Below are positions 49,525 to 62,119 of a stretch of DNA of 64,000 nucleotides, one piece after another. The stretch's first letter is position 1; the number at the start of each line of letters is the position of its first letter. The stretch is from Squalus acanthias (Eukaryota), in contig CM059432.1 of NCBI GenBank assembly GCA_030390025.1, positions 7,812,001 to 7,876,000 on the forward strand, read 5' to 3'. Position numbers and translations under genes: made by a program. The notes beneath the pieces are model-generated. The model saw only the letters and a list, made by a program, of their open reading frames with translations, was not told the DNA's origin and ran no database searches.

Positions 49525-50415
49525 GGGGTAAAAATTCAGTTGGTTGCGCCTCCCGTTAGCGCCTTAAGAGGGCGCTAATGGGGCGCAAAGCCGCTAACGC
49601 CCGGGCGCAGCGATGTTTGCGCCGCTTGGGAACTTAACTTGACATTGTGCGGCGGCGCTAAAACTTACCGCTGCGACCACCTGCGCGCGCAGATTGTGAC
49701 GTCATTCCATGGTGCAATGCCCTTGTGGCGCCCCGGAGCGGAAATTGAGTGGCGCCCCCTGCCTTACCGCCTGGCGCATCCAATGACCAGAAGACTGGAA
49801 CGCTATCAATCGCTGTGGGGCTGGGGGGGGAGCTATTTAAAGGGGGCCTCTTCCTGTCTTTTATTGTTGGCGGCATTTTTGAATTACGCATTCTGAGAGA
49901 GAGGGAGAGACTTCTGGAGAGATTCAACGTTGTGTGAAGGAGTTTTGGGTACTGAGCAGCACTTTGCAGGTTCATTTTGATTTGCCATTCCTTGTATCGA
50001 TTTAGCAGAGACTGTGGGAGCTGCACTCTGAGCTCTTTGCCTGGTACTCTCCATTGTTCTTTCCAGCACATTTGATGTGCAAGTCTCTCCAGGCCGAGAT
50101 TCAAGGCTGCAATGAACAGGATGTGGATGGAAAGCAAGATTAACCATCCCCTTTAAGAACTGGCCCGTGCCATTGTGTGTGTGTTCCATTGCTGACTGAC
50201 ATTACATGAGCTTCGCCAGCGCTCTGAGTTAGCGCCTCACTCCTTGGCTTTTGCGCCTTAAGACAGGTGTGCAGCGCCTGATTTAGCACTCCACTCACCT
50301 CCCGGGGCGGCAAAAGTGAAGTTTCCAGTCAGTGGCGATAATTAGCGCCAGGCGCTAATATTTGCGTCCAGACGATATTTGCGCCCCAAATGGGGCGCGA
50401 CCTAATTTTTACCCC
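49525..50415. mobile_element. Harbinger-type non-autonomous element, 891 bp
   Basis: TIRs GGGGTAAAAATT/AATTTTTACCCC and TSD TAC. Sister copy at 60543-61442. Confidence 0.92.
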
Positions 50416-50684
50416 TACATGTCCCCATCAAGCCAAGAGTGCATCCAATGACACAGAAGTATTTAAAATACAATAAAAATATAATTTATTTAGACTATAA
50501 TGTCAGTGGATGTTCTGGGATATATTTGTCACGGATGCAGATCTGGTCAGCGACTTAGCTGTAACCAAACTATGTACAGAGTAGGCAACAGAGAACTTTA
50601 CGCAAACAAGCATGTTTGTGGATCACCTGTCCCTGTAGAGGTAAAATAGCAATGTTATTTTCCTAAAGCGCTCAAGAAATTATT

Positions 50685-51437
50685 GGGGCAGAAATTCGTC
50701 TGTTGTCGGGTGAGTATGCACTGTGTACTCACCCGTGGACGGAACGAAAGTGCCGGTTTCTTGCATGCGCGGGAAACCGGCACTTCCGTTCCGCTGAGGA
50801 AAGGGGTTCAGAGGTCGAAAGCGCACGCCGGAGGGCCAGCGCGTTCGCCTCGCACTTCGGGTTTTTTTACAGGTTCCTCCGTGAGGTAAGCACGGAGAAG
50901 ATACACTTTGAAAAAGGATGCGCAAGGCCTTCTTTTAACAAGGTAAATGTTGATTTATTAAAATTTAAACATTCTTTTTCACAGATTTATCTTTTTTAAT
51001 TACTTTAAAGAAAGGTAAGTTTAGTTTTAGCCCCGTTAAAAAATGTAATTAATTTTTTCAAAAATTAAATTTTTGTTTAAAATAGTTAATTAATGTAATT
51101 TATAGTTATTTTAAAAATGTGATGTTTTTTAAAAAATGTATTTGTAGTTTTAGGGATGTTTTGGGGCCGATCTGTATTCATAGATTTGACAGGTCTTCCT
51201 GTCAAATCTATGAATGAAAGATGGTCTGCTGCCATTGGCTCTCCAGGGCCCACGTGATCCCAGGGGACGCATCGCACTAACTACACCCCTGGGATACACA
51301 AGCACTGCGCGCAGGCAGCTGCAGGAGGCCCAGGAGCCGAAGCCCCCATGGGCCCAGAGGTCAACGGCAGGCGCGGTAGGTAGGTGCGCGCATGATCCTT
51401 GCACCCGCGGGAAGCCAGGGAGCCAAATTTCTGGCCC
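50685..51437. mobile_element. Harbinger-type MITE, family of 13422-14171
   Basis: TIRs GGGGCAGAAATT/AATTTCTGGCCC and TSD ATT. Confidence 0.88.
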
Positions 51438-51462
51438 ATTATTTTAATAATAAGTTGGAAGG

Positions 51463-51910
51463 TGTCAGCCGTGGCTCAATGGGTAGTGCTCTCACCTCGG
51501 AGTCAGAAGATTGTGGGTTTGAGCCCCACTCCAGAGACTTGAGTATATAATCTAGGTTGACACTCCAGTGCCGCACTGAGGGAGTGCTACACTGAATCGG
51601 AGTCAGATGCGATGTAAACCGAGGCCCCGTCTGCTCTCTCAGCTGGACGTAAAAGATCCCATGGCCACTATTTCGAAGAAGAGCAGGGGAGTTATCCTCG
51701 GTGTGCTGGCCAATATTTATCCCTCAATCAACATCACTAAAAACAGATGATCTGGTCATTATCACATTGCTGTTTGTGGGAGCTTGCTGTGCGCAAATTG
51801 GCGTTTCTTACATTACAACAGTGACTACACTTCAAAAGTACTTCATTGGCTGTAAAATGTAAAATTTCCTGAGGTTGTGAAAGGCGCTATGTAAATGCAA
51901 GTTCTTTCTT
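51463..51910 (+). mobile_element. Deu-domain SINE, full length
   Basis: Head, core and tail as in the other copies. Confidence 0.9.
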
Positions 51911-52694
51911 TCTAATAAGTACTCTTAAAATACAACAGTCTTAAAATGTCAGGGAATGCAGCCAGAAACAAATGGGATTTTTCCATGCAAGATATCATCT
52001 TGTTTTTATAAAAACTGGGATAAAGTACTCAGAGACTCTCACGTAAATGGGACTAAGTGCAAAACACCGTCCTATCCAAATTTTATAAATCAAAGCGAAA
52101 AGTATTTAACATTTGACAGGCGATGCCCTGACAGCTGCAACATCTGATCTACTTAAAGTCAGCTGCCACATCAGTTCTTAAAAAAAAAACCTTTACGAGT
52201 TTGCCAATAAAAATGATTAGCTAACAGAGTTTGGGCACTTTGATGAATTGGTGCAAAAGACAAGTTCAAGTTGATTTATAGTCAGAAAAATAAGCTGCTG
52301 CATTCTTGATAGTGATTCAAAGACCCCATCCCTGGAACCTGCCCCCTGGTTAGGGTGCGACCCTGACCAGAAACCGAACAAATACTGATCAGGAAAGATT
52401 GGTAACCTGAAACGAAATGAAATTTTTAAATAAAGCGTAATTAAGAGAGCCAGTCTCGGCGCAGAATGTAAGTGCCTTGTTTTAAGAATGAGCCTTACGC
52501 GTGGTGAACTTAAAGTAAGCTTTAATCAACTAAAAAGGTGCTACATACAAAAGAGGTCTTACTCTATGCCTCTCCAGGATCCAACTGATCAGTCCAGTAT
52601 TTATCCTGGACTAATCACAGGAAGTGATGCAATAAAGTTCGAGTCACAGGAAGCTGTATTGTGTTACCACATGCCTTATGACTGGAGGCGTTTC

Positions 52695-52810
52695 CAATGT
52701 TCCCTCTTATTTATTTTTGGCTACGCGGCCCTTTCACAGTTTCGCGCTGGCGCAAGTCTTAACGTGGAAGAAGCCGGTCCTGGGCTGCGCGGGGCCGGCA
52801 GAGAGCATTG
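52695..52810. mobile_element. hAT-type MITE related to 3797-3938
   Basis: CAATGTTCCCTCT...AGAGAGCATTG with flanks GGCGTTTC/GGCATTTC. Confidence 0.65.
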
Positions 52811-52811
52811 G

Positions 52812-53260
52812 GCATTTCTATAGCGCCTTTCCGGACGTCCCAAAATGCTTTACAGCCAATGAAGTACTTTTATTAAAGTGTAGTCGCTGTTGTAATGTGG
52901 GATACGCAGCAGCCAATTTGCGCACAGCAAGCTCCCGCAACAGCAATGCGATAATGACCAGATAATCTGTTTTTCGTGATGTTGGTTGGGGAAATAAATA
53001 TTGGCCCCAGGACACCTCCCCTGCTCTTCTTCGAGATAGTGCCAGGGAATCTTTTACATCCACCTGAGAGTGCAGACGGGGCCTACGGTTTAACGTCTCA
53101 TCCGGAAGACGGCACCTCTGACAGTGCAGCACTCCCTCAGCGCTGCACTGGGAGTGTCAGCCTAGCTTTATGTGCTCAATGATCCTGGAGTGGGACTCTG
53201 AACCCACAAACCTCCCTGACTCAGTAAGCAAGGGTGCTACACACAGAGCCACGGCTGACA
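52812..53260 (-). mobile_element. Deu-domain SINE, full length
   Basis: Reverse complement of the SINE consensus, ending ...AGCCACGGCTGAC. Confidence 0.9.
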
Positions 53261-53689
53261 CTAGGAAGAATATAAAAGGGAGAAAGCAGGAAAAGGGAAC
53301 TGTGTAAAATCAGTCGTCAAGAGGAGCCTAAATTCCACACAGGCACGAAAGGTCAAATGTTCTTTTCCAATGCTAACACATCTCGGGCTGTTTTGAAGAC
53401 ATTTCTTTAGCATTCATAATGGTCTTCACCCTGTTCCTCTCAAGAGTTATTTGGTCCACATTGCCAATATATTCCTCATAATTTGTTTGGCTCAAAATAA
53501 TCAGATTTCTCAGATAGTTTAGCATTCATTTCTTTTGGGTTCCAAGTGGTATTCCACTCACGGGTTTCCAGTATTGTTCCGGAAGATTTTTTGGTTTGGT
53601 TTCTATGGGGGCGATTTTAACCCCTACTCGCTCAGCAGAAACCTGGCGGGCGGGCAGTTAAAATCGCCCTGGCTCTTCCCTGTCCTCGG

Positions 53690-54002
53690 CTAATAAAGGC
53701 AAGTATCCCGTATGCCTTCTTAACCACCTTATCTACCTGTTCTGCTACCTTCAGGGATCTGTGGACGTGCACTCCAAGGTCCCTCTGATCTTCTGTACTT
53801 CTCAGTGTCCTACCATTTATTGTGTATTCCCTTTGCCTTGTTAGCCCTCCCTAAATGCATTACCTCACACTTTTCCAGATTGAATTCCATTTGCCACTGT
53901 TCTGCCCACCTGACCAGTCCATTGATATCTTCCTGCAGTCTGCAGCTTTCTTCTTTCATTATAAACCACACGGCCAATTTTTGTATCATCTGCAAACATC
54001 TG
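53690..54002 (-). mobile_element. CR1 RT fragment inside a MITE
   Basis: MFADDTKIG...WAEQWQMEFN. Confidence 0.85.
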
Positions 54003-54414
54003 CTCTCTGCTTCTGCATTTTAACCTGCTCTCCTGAGCAGGCAGCAAGGACACGCGCCCGGAGCCAACAGAGGGGTCCTTCTTTACAAATGCATGTTGCG
54101 GCCCGATGACATCATTGAGACCCGACTGTCATTTTAACCCGGGCCTGAGCGGGGAATCCTTCTTGTGGTTTTTGATTGCAACGTCTCGTGGATTGTTCGG
54201 GCTGCTTTAATTTTTGTTAACATTTTCCTTTACCCATTAGTAATGTCAGAGTGGCAGATAATCCCGATTGTCATGTGGAAAAAATTCAGCGACTGGTCGA
54301 GCGAAAACAATTTGATCTGCAACGCAAGTTAAATTATTGGTTCTATTACTGTCTACGAGAATGATGAGTTTTAGGAACCTTTATTCTAATGCACGCAAAA
54401 TTCATAAAATAATG

Positions 54415-54760
54415 GAATCATACAATGATACTGCACAGAAGGAGGCCATTCGGCCCATCGTGCCTGTGCCGGCTCTTTGAAAGAGCTCTCCAATTAGTCC
54501 CACTCCCCCCTGCTCTTTCCCCACAGCCCTGCAAATTTTTCCATTTCAATTATTTATCCAATTCCCTTTTGAAAGTTACTATTGAATCTGCTTCCACCGC
54601 CCTTTCAGGCAGCGCGTTCCAGATCACCACAACTCGCTGCCTAAAAAAAATCCTCCTCATCCCCCCCCTCTGGATCTTTTTCCAAATACTTTAAATCTGT
54701 ATCCTCTGGTTACCAACGGTTTCTCCTTATTTACTCTATCAAAACCCTTCCTGATTTTGA
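54415..54760 (-). mobile_element. CR1 3' fragment
   Basis: Reverse complement of the CR1 3' end seen at 10010-10340. Confidence 0.85.
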
Positions 54761-55548
54761 AATCTTTTTTATTATTATTTCTATTGGTCACCATCAAAGT
54801 TTACAGCCTTCATAATCCGATCAATTTGAAATTTGATCTGTTCAGTATGCTGGGTGGCAAAGAACGCTACAGTAGTTTGTTTTTTAATGGTATTGGATAT
54901 AATATTACAATGAGAATAAATCCGACTGGATTACACCGTGAATTTAAATAGCAAACTAAATGAATATGACATAAATCTATACACAACAGTTGGGATTTTC
55001 ACCTTCGTACATCAGAAAGGTGGCCAGAGGCATCATCCTTAGCCGTTCTGAACCGACATAAACACAGTGCATTCGTGACAAAAGTTCGAAGCCATTAGTG
55101 AGCATTTGGATTTATTTCAACCGCGCATGCATATATTTTCCAGCCTGTGCTGGAATGAGATCAGATGAAGTGCATTAGCAAATTTTTATACAATATCAGC
55201 ATATTTCTTTAAATCAGTGTAAAATAATATTAATACCATTCAGTCTGGGCTAACGTAAATAGAGCACTTTCCCATTTTGGTCAAACTCTGGCGTCTAAGA
55301 TTCATGCTTTATTCAACTTCGTAATTGATGAATAATTCAACACAGGCGTAACATGGATCATTCAGATCAAAGCTCCTCTGTGGGAGAAGAATTTACTGCG
55401 GTCTTTATTGTAACAAATTCATAACAAACACATTCTTTGCAAAGCTGCTTAGGATGGTGCTACACGAAGGAAGTGGAGCTCTTTCCCCATTCTACCTCAA
55501 CTTCGAGTCGCACAACACCAGGTTATAGTCCAACAGTTTTATTTGAAA

Positions 55549-55585
55549 TTACGAGCTTTCGGAGCGCTGCTCCTTCGTCAGGTAA
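55549..55585 (-). ncRNA. Minimal hammerhead ribozyme motif
   Basis: Reverse complement TTAC-CTGACGA-A-GGAGC-AGC-GCTCC-GAAA-GC-TC-GTAA. Confidence 0.8.
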
Positions 55586-56695
55586 AGTGAGGGAATACAA
55601 ATCAGATACAAAGCATATATAGACAGAGAACAATGTGTCTGCAGAGATACAATCCATCAGGGAGGCATTACATCAAAGACACAGCAGAATACAGCTAAGA
55701 CAATGAGGTGGGGTCACAGGGGGTCCAACGTGTCAAATGCTGCAGTCTGCAGTTAAGCTTTTTACTTTTTTTAAAACTGGAAATCACATCTGTGAACAAG
55801 ACAACGACGACTCTAGTCTGGACTCTAGTCTGGACTCTAGTCATGTCCTGTAGCGTGACATGAAACCGAGATCCTCATGGGTGCGGAACTTGGCTATCAG
55901 TTTCTGCTCGATGATTTTGCGTTGTCGTGTGTCTCGAAGGCCGCCTTGGAGAACGCTTACCTGCAGATCCGAGGCTGAATGTCCTTGACTGCTGAAGTGT
56001 TCCCCGACTGGGAGGTAACAATCCTGCCTGGCGATAGTTGTGCGGTGTCCGTTCATACGTTGTCTCAGTGTCTGCATGGTCTCGCCGATGTACCATGCTG
56101 CGGTGCATTCTTTCCTGCAACGTATGAGGTAGACAACGTTGGCCGAGTCACATGAGTATGTACCATGTACCTGCTGGGTAGTGTCCTCACGTGTGATGAT
56201 GGTATCTGTGTGTATCCGCAACAATCACCAGGCAGGATTGTTACCTCCCAGTCGGGGAACACTTCAGCAGTCAAGGACATTCAGCCTCAGATCTGTGGGT
56301 TAGCATTCTCCAAGGCGGCCTTCGAGACACACGACAACGCAAAATCATCGAGCAGAAACTGATAGCCAAGTTCCGCACCCATGAGGACGGCCTCAACCGG
56401 GATCTCGGTTTCATGTCATGCTACAGGATGTGACTAGAGTCCAGACTAGAGTCCAGACTAGAGTCGTCATTGGCTTGTTCACAGATGTGATTTCCAGTTT
56501 TAAAAAAAAGTAAAAAGCATAACTGCAGACTGCAGCATTTGACACGTTGGACCCCCTGTGACCTCACCTCATTGTCTTAGCTGTACTCTGCTGTGTCTTT
56601 GATGTAATGCCTCCCTGACGGATTGTATCTCTGCAGACACATTGTTCTCTGTCTATATATACTTTGTAACCAATTTGTATTTGTATTCCCTCACT

Positions 56696-56732
56696 TTACC
56701 TGACGAAGGAGCAGCGCTCCGAAAGCTCGTAA
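56696..56732 (+). ncRNA. Minimal hammerhead ribozyme motif
   Basis: TTAC-CTGACGA-A-GGAGC-AGC-GCTCC-GAAA-GC-TC-GTAA. Confidence 0.8.
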
Positions 56733-57111
56733 TTTCAAATAAAACTGTTGGACTATAACCTGGTGTTGTGCAACTTCTCATTTTTGTCCACCCCAGTCCA
56801 ACACCGGCATCTCCGCATCATACCTCAACTTCAACTACAATAGAACTTTACTCCCCCGCCCCTTTACGTCAACAGGTCTTTGCTTCCATTTCTCAGGCCA
56901 GCTATCGTTCTCTGAGTGACAATCCTAATTTAGCAGCTACTCCTGACAACATATGGGAAGTTTTGTGCTTATTTCTTCTAAAACTTTGAGCATCTTGGAT
57001 AGTTTGCCCAGCAAAAATAACAGGTTCACCTGTCTTTCGATGAGACTTTGGGGAAAAAATTGGGTGGAACCCCCCTCGGGGCTCTAACTTCGCCGGGGCG
57101 CTACTTTTTAA

Positions 57112-60100
57112 AATTTTGTTTATGGGATGTGGGCGTCGCTGGCAAGGCCAGCATTTATTGCCCATCCCTAATTGCCCTTGAGAAGGTGGTTGTGAGCCGC
57201 CGCCTTGAACCGCTGCAGTCCGTGTGGTGAAGGTACTCCCACAGTGCTGTTAGGGAGGGAGTTCCAGGATTTTGACCCAGCGACGATGAAGGATCGGCGA
57301 TATATTTCCAAGTCAAAATGGTGTGTGACTTGGAGGGGAACTTGGAGGTGGTGGTGTTCCCATGCACCTGCTGCCCTTGTCCTTCTAGCTGGAAGAGGTC
57401 GCGGGTTTGGGAGGGGCTGCCGAAGAAGCCTTGGCGAGTTGCTGCAGTGCATCTTGTAGATGGTACACACTACAGCCACGGTACGCCGGTGGTGGAGGGA
57501 GTGAATGTTTAAGGTGGTGGATGGGGTGCCAATCAAGCGGGCTGCTTTGTCCTGGATGGTGTCGAGCTTCTTGAGCGTTGTTGGAGCTGCACTCATCCAG
57601 GCAAGTGGAGAGTATTCCATCACACTCCTGACTTGTGCCTTGTAGATGGTGGAACGGCTTTGGGGAGTCAGGAGGTGAAACACTTGCTGCAGAATACCTA
57701 GCCTCTGACCTGCTCTTGTTGCCACAGTATTTATGTGGCTGGTCCAGTTAAGTTTCTGGTCAATGGTAACCCCCAGGATGTTGATGGTGGGGGATTCAGC
57801 GATGGTAATGCCGTTGAATGTCAAGGGGAGGTGGTTAGACTCTCGCTTGTTGGAGATAGTCATTGCCTGGCACTTCTGTGGCGCGAATGTTACCTGCTAC
57901 TAATCAGCCCAAGCCTGAACGTCGTCCAGGTCTTGTTGCATGCGGGCATGGACTGCTTCATTATCTGAGGAGTTGCGAATGGCACTGAACCCTGTGCAGT
58001 CATCAGCAAACATCCCCACTTCTGACCTTATGATGGAGGGAAGGTCATTGATGAAGCAGCTGAAGATGGTTGGGCCTAGGACACTGCCCTGAGGAACTCC
58101 TGCAGCAATGTCCTGGGGCTGAGATGATTGACCTGCAACAACCACGACCATCTTCCTTTGTGCTAGGTATGACTCCAGCCAGTGGAGAGTTTCCCCCCTG
58201 ATTCCCATTGACTTCAATTTTACTAGGGCTCCTTGATGCCACACTCAATCAAATGCTGCCTTGATGTCAAGGGCAGTCACTCTCACCTCACCTCTGGAAT
58301 TCAGCTCCTTTGTTCATGTTTGGACCAAGGCTGTAATGAGGTCTGGAGTTGAGGGGTCCTGGCGGAACCCAAACTGAGCATCAGTGAGCAGGTTATTGGT
58401 AAGTGCTGCTTGATAGCACTGTCGGTGACACCTTCCATCACTTTGCTGATGATTGAGAGTAGGCTGCTGGGGCGGTAAATGGCCGGATTGTATTTGTCCT
58501 GCCTTTTGTGGATAGGACATACCTGGGCAGTTTTCCACATTGTCAGGTAGATGCCAGTGTTGTAGCTGTACTGGAACAGCTTGGCTAAAGGCACAGCTAG
58601 TTCTGGAGCACAAGTCTTCAGCACGACAGCCAGGATGTTGTCGGGGCCCATAGCCTTTGCTGTATCCAGTGCGCTCAGCCGTTTCTTGATATCACGTGGA
58701 GTGAATCGAATTGGCTGAAGACTGGCTTCTGTGATTGTGGGGACATCAGGAAGAAAGAAATAAAGAAAGAAAGAAAGAAAGAAAGACTTGCATTTATAGG
58801 AGGATGCCGATATGGATCATCCACTTGGCACCTCTGGCTGGAGATGGTTGCAAATGCTTCAGCCTTGTCTTTTGCACTCACGTGCTGGGCTCCGCCATTA
58901 TTGAGGATGGGGATATTCATGGAGCCTCCTCCTCCCATTAGTTGTTTAATTGTCCACCACCATTCACGACTAGATGTGGCAGGACTGCAAAGCTTTGATC
59001 GGATCTATTGATTGTGCGATCACTTAGCTCTGTTTATAACATGCTGCTTTTGCTGTTTAGCATGCATGTAGTCCTGTGTTGTAGCTTCCCCAGGTTGACA
59101 CCTCATTTTTAGGTATGCCTGGTGCTGCTCCTGGCATGCTCTTCTGCACTCCTCATTGAACCAGGGTTGGTCCCCTGGCTTGATGGTAATGGTAGAGTGA
59201 GGGATATGCTGGGCCATGAGGTTACAGACTGTGGTGGAGTACAATTCTGCTGCTGCTGATGGCCCACAGCGTCTCATGGATGCCCAGTTTTGAGCTGCTA
59301 GATCTGTTCTGAATCTATCCCATTTAGCACAGTGGTAGTGCCACACAACACAATGGAGGGTGTCCTCAGTGTGAAGATGGGTCTTCGTCTCCACAAGGAC
59401 TGTGCGGTGGTCACTGCTACCAATGCTGTCATGGATAGATGCATCTGTGACACGTAGATTGGTGAGGATGAGGTCAAGTAGGTTTTTCCCTCGTGTTGGT
59501 TCTCTCACCAACTGCCACAAGCCCAGACTGGCAGCTATGTCCTTCAGGACTCGGCCAGCTCGGACAGTAGTGGTGCTACCGAGCCACTCTTGGTGATGGA
59601 CATTGAAGTCCCCCACCCAGAGTACATTCTGTGCCCTTGCTACCCTTACTGCTTCTTCATGGTGTTCAACATGGAGGACTGATTCATCAGCTGAGGGAGG
59701 GCGGTAGGTGGTATTCAGCAGGAGGTTTCCTTGCCCATGCTTAACCTGAAGCCATGAGACTTCATGGGGTCCAGAGTTAATGTTGAGGACTCCCAGGGCT
59801 GCTCCCTCCCAACTGTATACCACTGTACTGCCACCTCTGGTGGGTCTGTCCTGCCGGTGGGACACAACATACCCAGGGATGGTGATGGAGGAGTTTGGGA
59901 CATTGGCTGAAAGGTATGATTCTGTGAGTATGACTATGTCAGGCTGTTTGCTTGACTAGTCTGTGGGACAGCTCTCCCAATTTTGACACAAGTCCCCAGA
60001 TGTCAGTGAGGAGGACATTGCAGGGTCGACTGGGCTGGGTGTGCTGATGTCGTGTCCGAAGTCGATCGTCCTGTTTTATTCTTCTTATTGTTTTCTGCAG

Positions 60101-60430
60101 CCGTTTGTTACAACTGAGTGGCTTGCTGGGCCATTTCAAAGGGCAGTTAAGAGTCAACCACATTGCTGGTTGTCTGTGGGTCTGGAGTTACATATAGGCT
60201 AGACCGGATAGGATGGCAGATTTCTTCCATAAAAGGACATCAGTGAACCACTTTACGGCAATCTGATAGTTTAATGGTCATCGTTACTGATGCTAGCTTT
60301 TTATTCCAGATTTATTTGATGAACTGATTTTAAATTCCCCAGTTGCGACTTGAATTACATACATGTCTCTGGATCATTAGTCCAGGCCTTGGGATTACTA
60401 GTCCAGTAACATAACCACTATGCTACCGTT
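57112..60430 (-). mobile_element. Apparently full-length single-ORF LINE (APE-RT, CR1/L2 group but distinct from the CR1s here) with a tRNA-like 5' head; frameshifted
   Basis: NVLLTDIWGL, YRPPS, GDFNVHH, LDLILTN, SDHR (APE). GPDNI, QFGFR, GVPQGSVLGP, FADD (RT). No ORF1 between head and APE. A truncated SINE tail is inserted at ~58750-58797. Confidence 0.9.
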
Positions 60431-60542
60431 TCCAGTAGCAGGTTGGACTTGGTAAAAGAGCAGGATGGATTTAAAAGTCTGAACAGCACTGATAGCCGAC
60501 CGAGAAATGGATTGTTTGTTTCGAAAGACCGCTGGAACCAAG

Positions 60543-61442
60543 GGGGGAAAAATTCAGTTGGTTGCGCCTCCCGTTAGCGCCTTAAGAGGGCGCTAATGGG
60601 GCGCAAAGCATCTAGCACCCAGGCGCGACGATGTTTGCGCCGCTCGCGAAATTAACTAGACATTTTGCGGCGGCGCTAAACACTACCGCCACGATCTCCT
60701 GCGCCGGCAGATCATGACGTCAGTCGAGTGCGCAACGCCCCGGTATCGTCCCGGAGCAGATATTGAGTGGCGCCCCCTGCCTTACCGCCTGACGCTAGCA
60801 ACGACAGGTTGAGGGGAGCATTTTGCAGTCATGAAGGGACTGGGGGAGCGCTATTTAAAGGCGACCGCTTCCTGCCTTTTATTGTTGGTGCCATTTTTGA
60901 ACCACGCATTCTGAGAGGGAGAGAGAGAGAGAGAGACTTCTGGAGAGATTCAACGCTGTGTGAAGGAGTTTTGGGTACTGAGCAGCACTTTGCAGGTTCA
61001 TTTTGATTTGCCATTCCTTGTATCGATTTAGAAGAGACTGTGGGGGCTGCACTCTAAGCTCTTTCCCTGGTACTCTCCATTGTTCTTTCCAGCAGATTTG
61101 ATGTGCAGGTCTCTCCAGGCCGAGATTCAAGGCTGCAATGAGCAGGATGTGGATGGAAAGCAAGATTGACCATCCCCTTTAAGAACTGGCCGGTGCCATT
61201 GTGTGTGTGTTCCATTGCTGACTGACATCACATGAGCTTCGCCAGCGCTCTGAGGTAGCGCCTCGCTCCTCGGCCTTTGCGCCTTAAGACAGGTGTGAAG
61301 CAGTCTGATTTAGCGCTCCAATCACCTCCAGGGGCAATAAAAGTCAAGTTTGCAGTCGGTGGCGATAATTAGCGCCAGGCGCTAATCTTTGCGCCCGGCC
61401 GATAATTGCGCCCCAAATGGGGCAACACTGAATTTCTCCCCC
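60543..61442. mobile_element. Harbinger-type non-autonomous element, sister of 49525-50415
   Basis: TIRs GGGGGAAAAATTCAGT/ACTGAATTTCTCCCCC and TSD AAG (or CAA). Confidence 0.92.
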
Positions 61443-62119
61443 AAGGACTATGGGAACTTGACCGAAACCAGAAGGCATGCTGGTCTATTGTTAAACTTGA
61501 CCAAGTTCGAAGAAGTTTCATGGATTTTATTATTGCTTCAAAATGCCTTGGGAAGACGGTCTGTTTCTCTGTAGTCAAGGACAAAGGACAGATAAAGAGC
61601 GAATAACAAGGATATCTGCTTTGCTGAACTGTGAGAAAATGGTTGTAAACACCAGCCTGTTATAAGAACATAAGAAATAGGAGTCGGCCAATTGGCCCCT
61701 CGAGCCTGCTCCGCCATTCAATAAGATCATGGCTGATCTAATCTTGGCCAACAACCAATTTGGTAAAGAAGATATAAAAACATAAGCTTACAATGATTTC
61801 TAGGAGATCAGAAGAAGCAGTCAAAGAGAAGTCACCATGGACCTGTGGTGTCGAATGGCCTGTTTCTGTGCTGTAAACACCGTGTAAAGTCGTCAGCGAA
61901 AATTAACCCCTCATTTCCGGGAACAGATGTATTGATCACTCTCGGTGCACTCCCCGCAATAAGGTTATACGGCATCTTTATCTGGAAAACTCTCATGGCT
62001 TAATATCAATAAAATGATTTGGAGTGTTTAAAACCATTCTACGGCATTTCAAGCTTGGTTGATTCTTACCTTTTGTACCCTAAAGAGTTAAATAAATCTA
62101 CACTGCTTTGCCCATTTTT

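Larger units (their letters stand above)
55505..56820. mobile_element. Penelope-like insertion with inverted duplication of the GIY-YIG end and pseudo-LTR
   Basis: Minus arm 55505-56220 and plus arm ~56221-56820. 12-bp TSD TACCTCAACTTC at 55493-55504 and 56821-56832. Confidence 0.93.
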
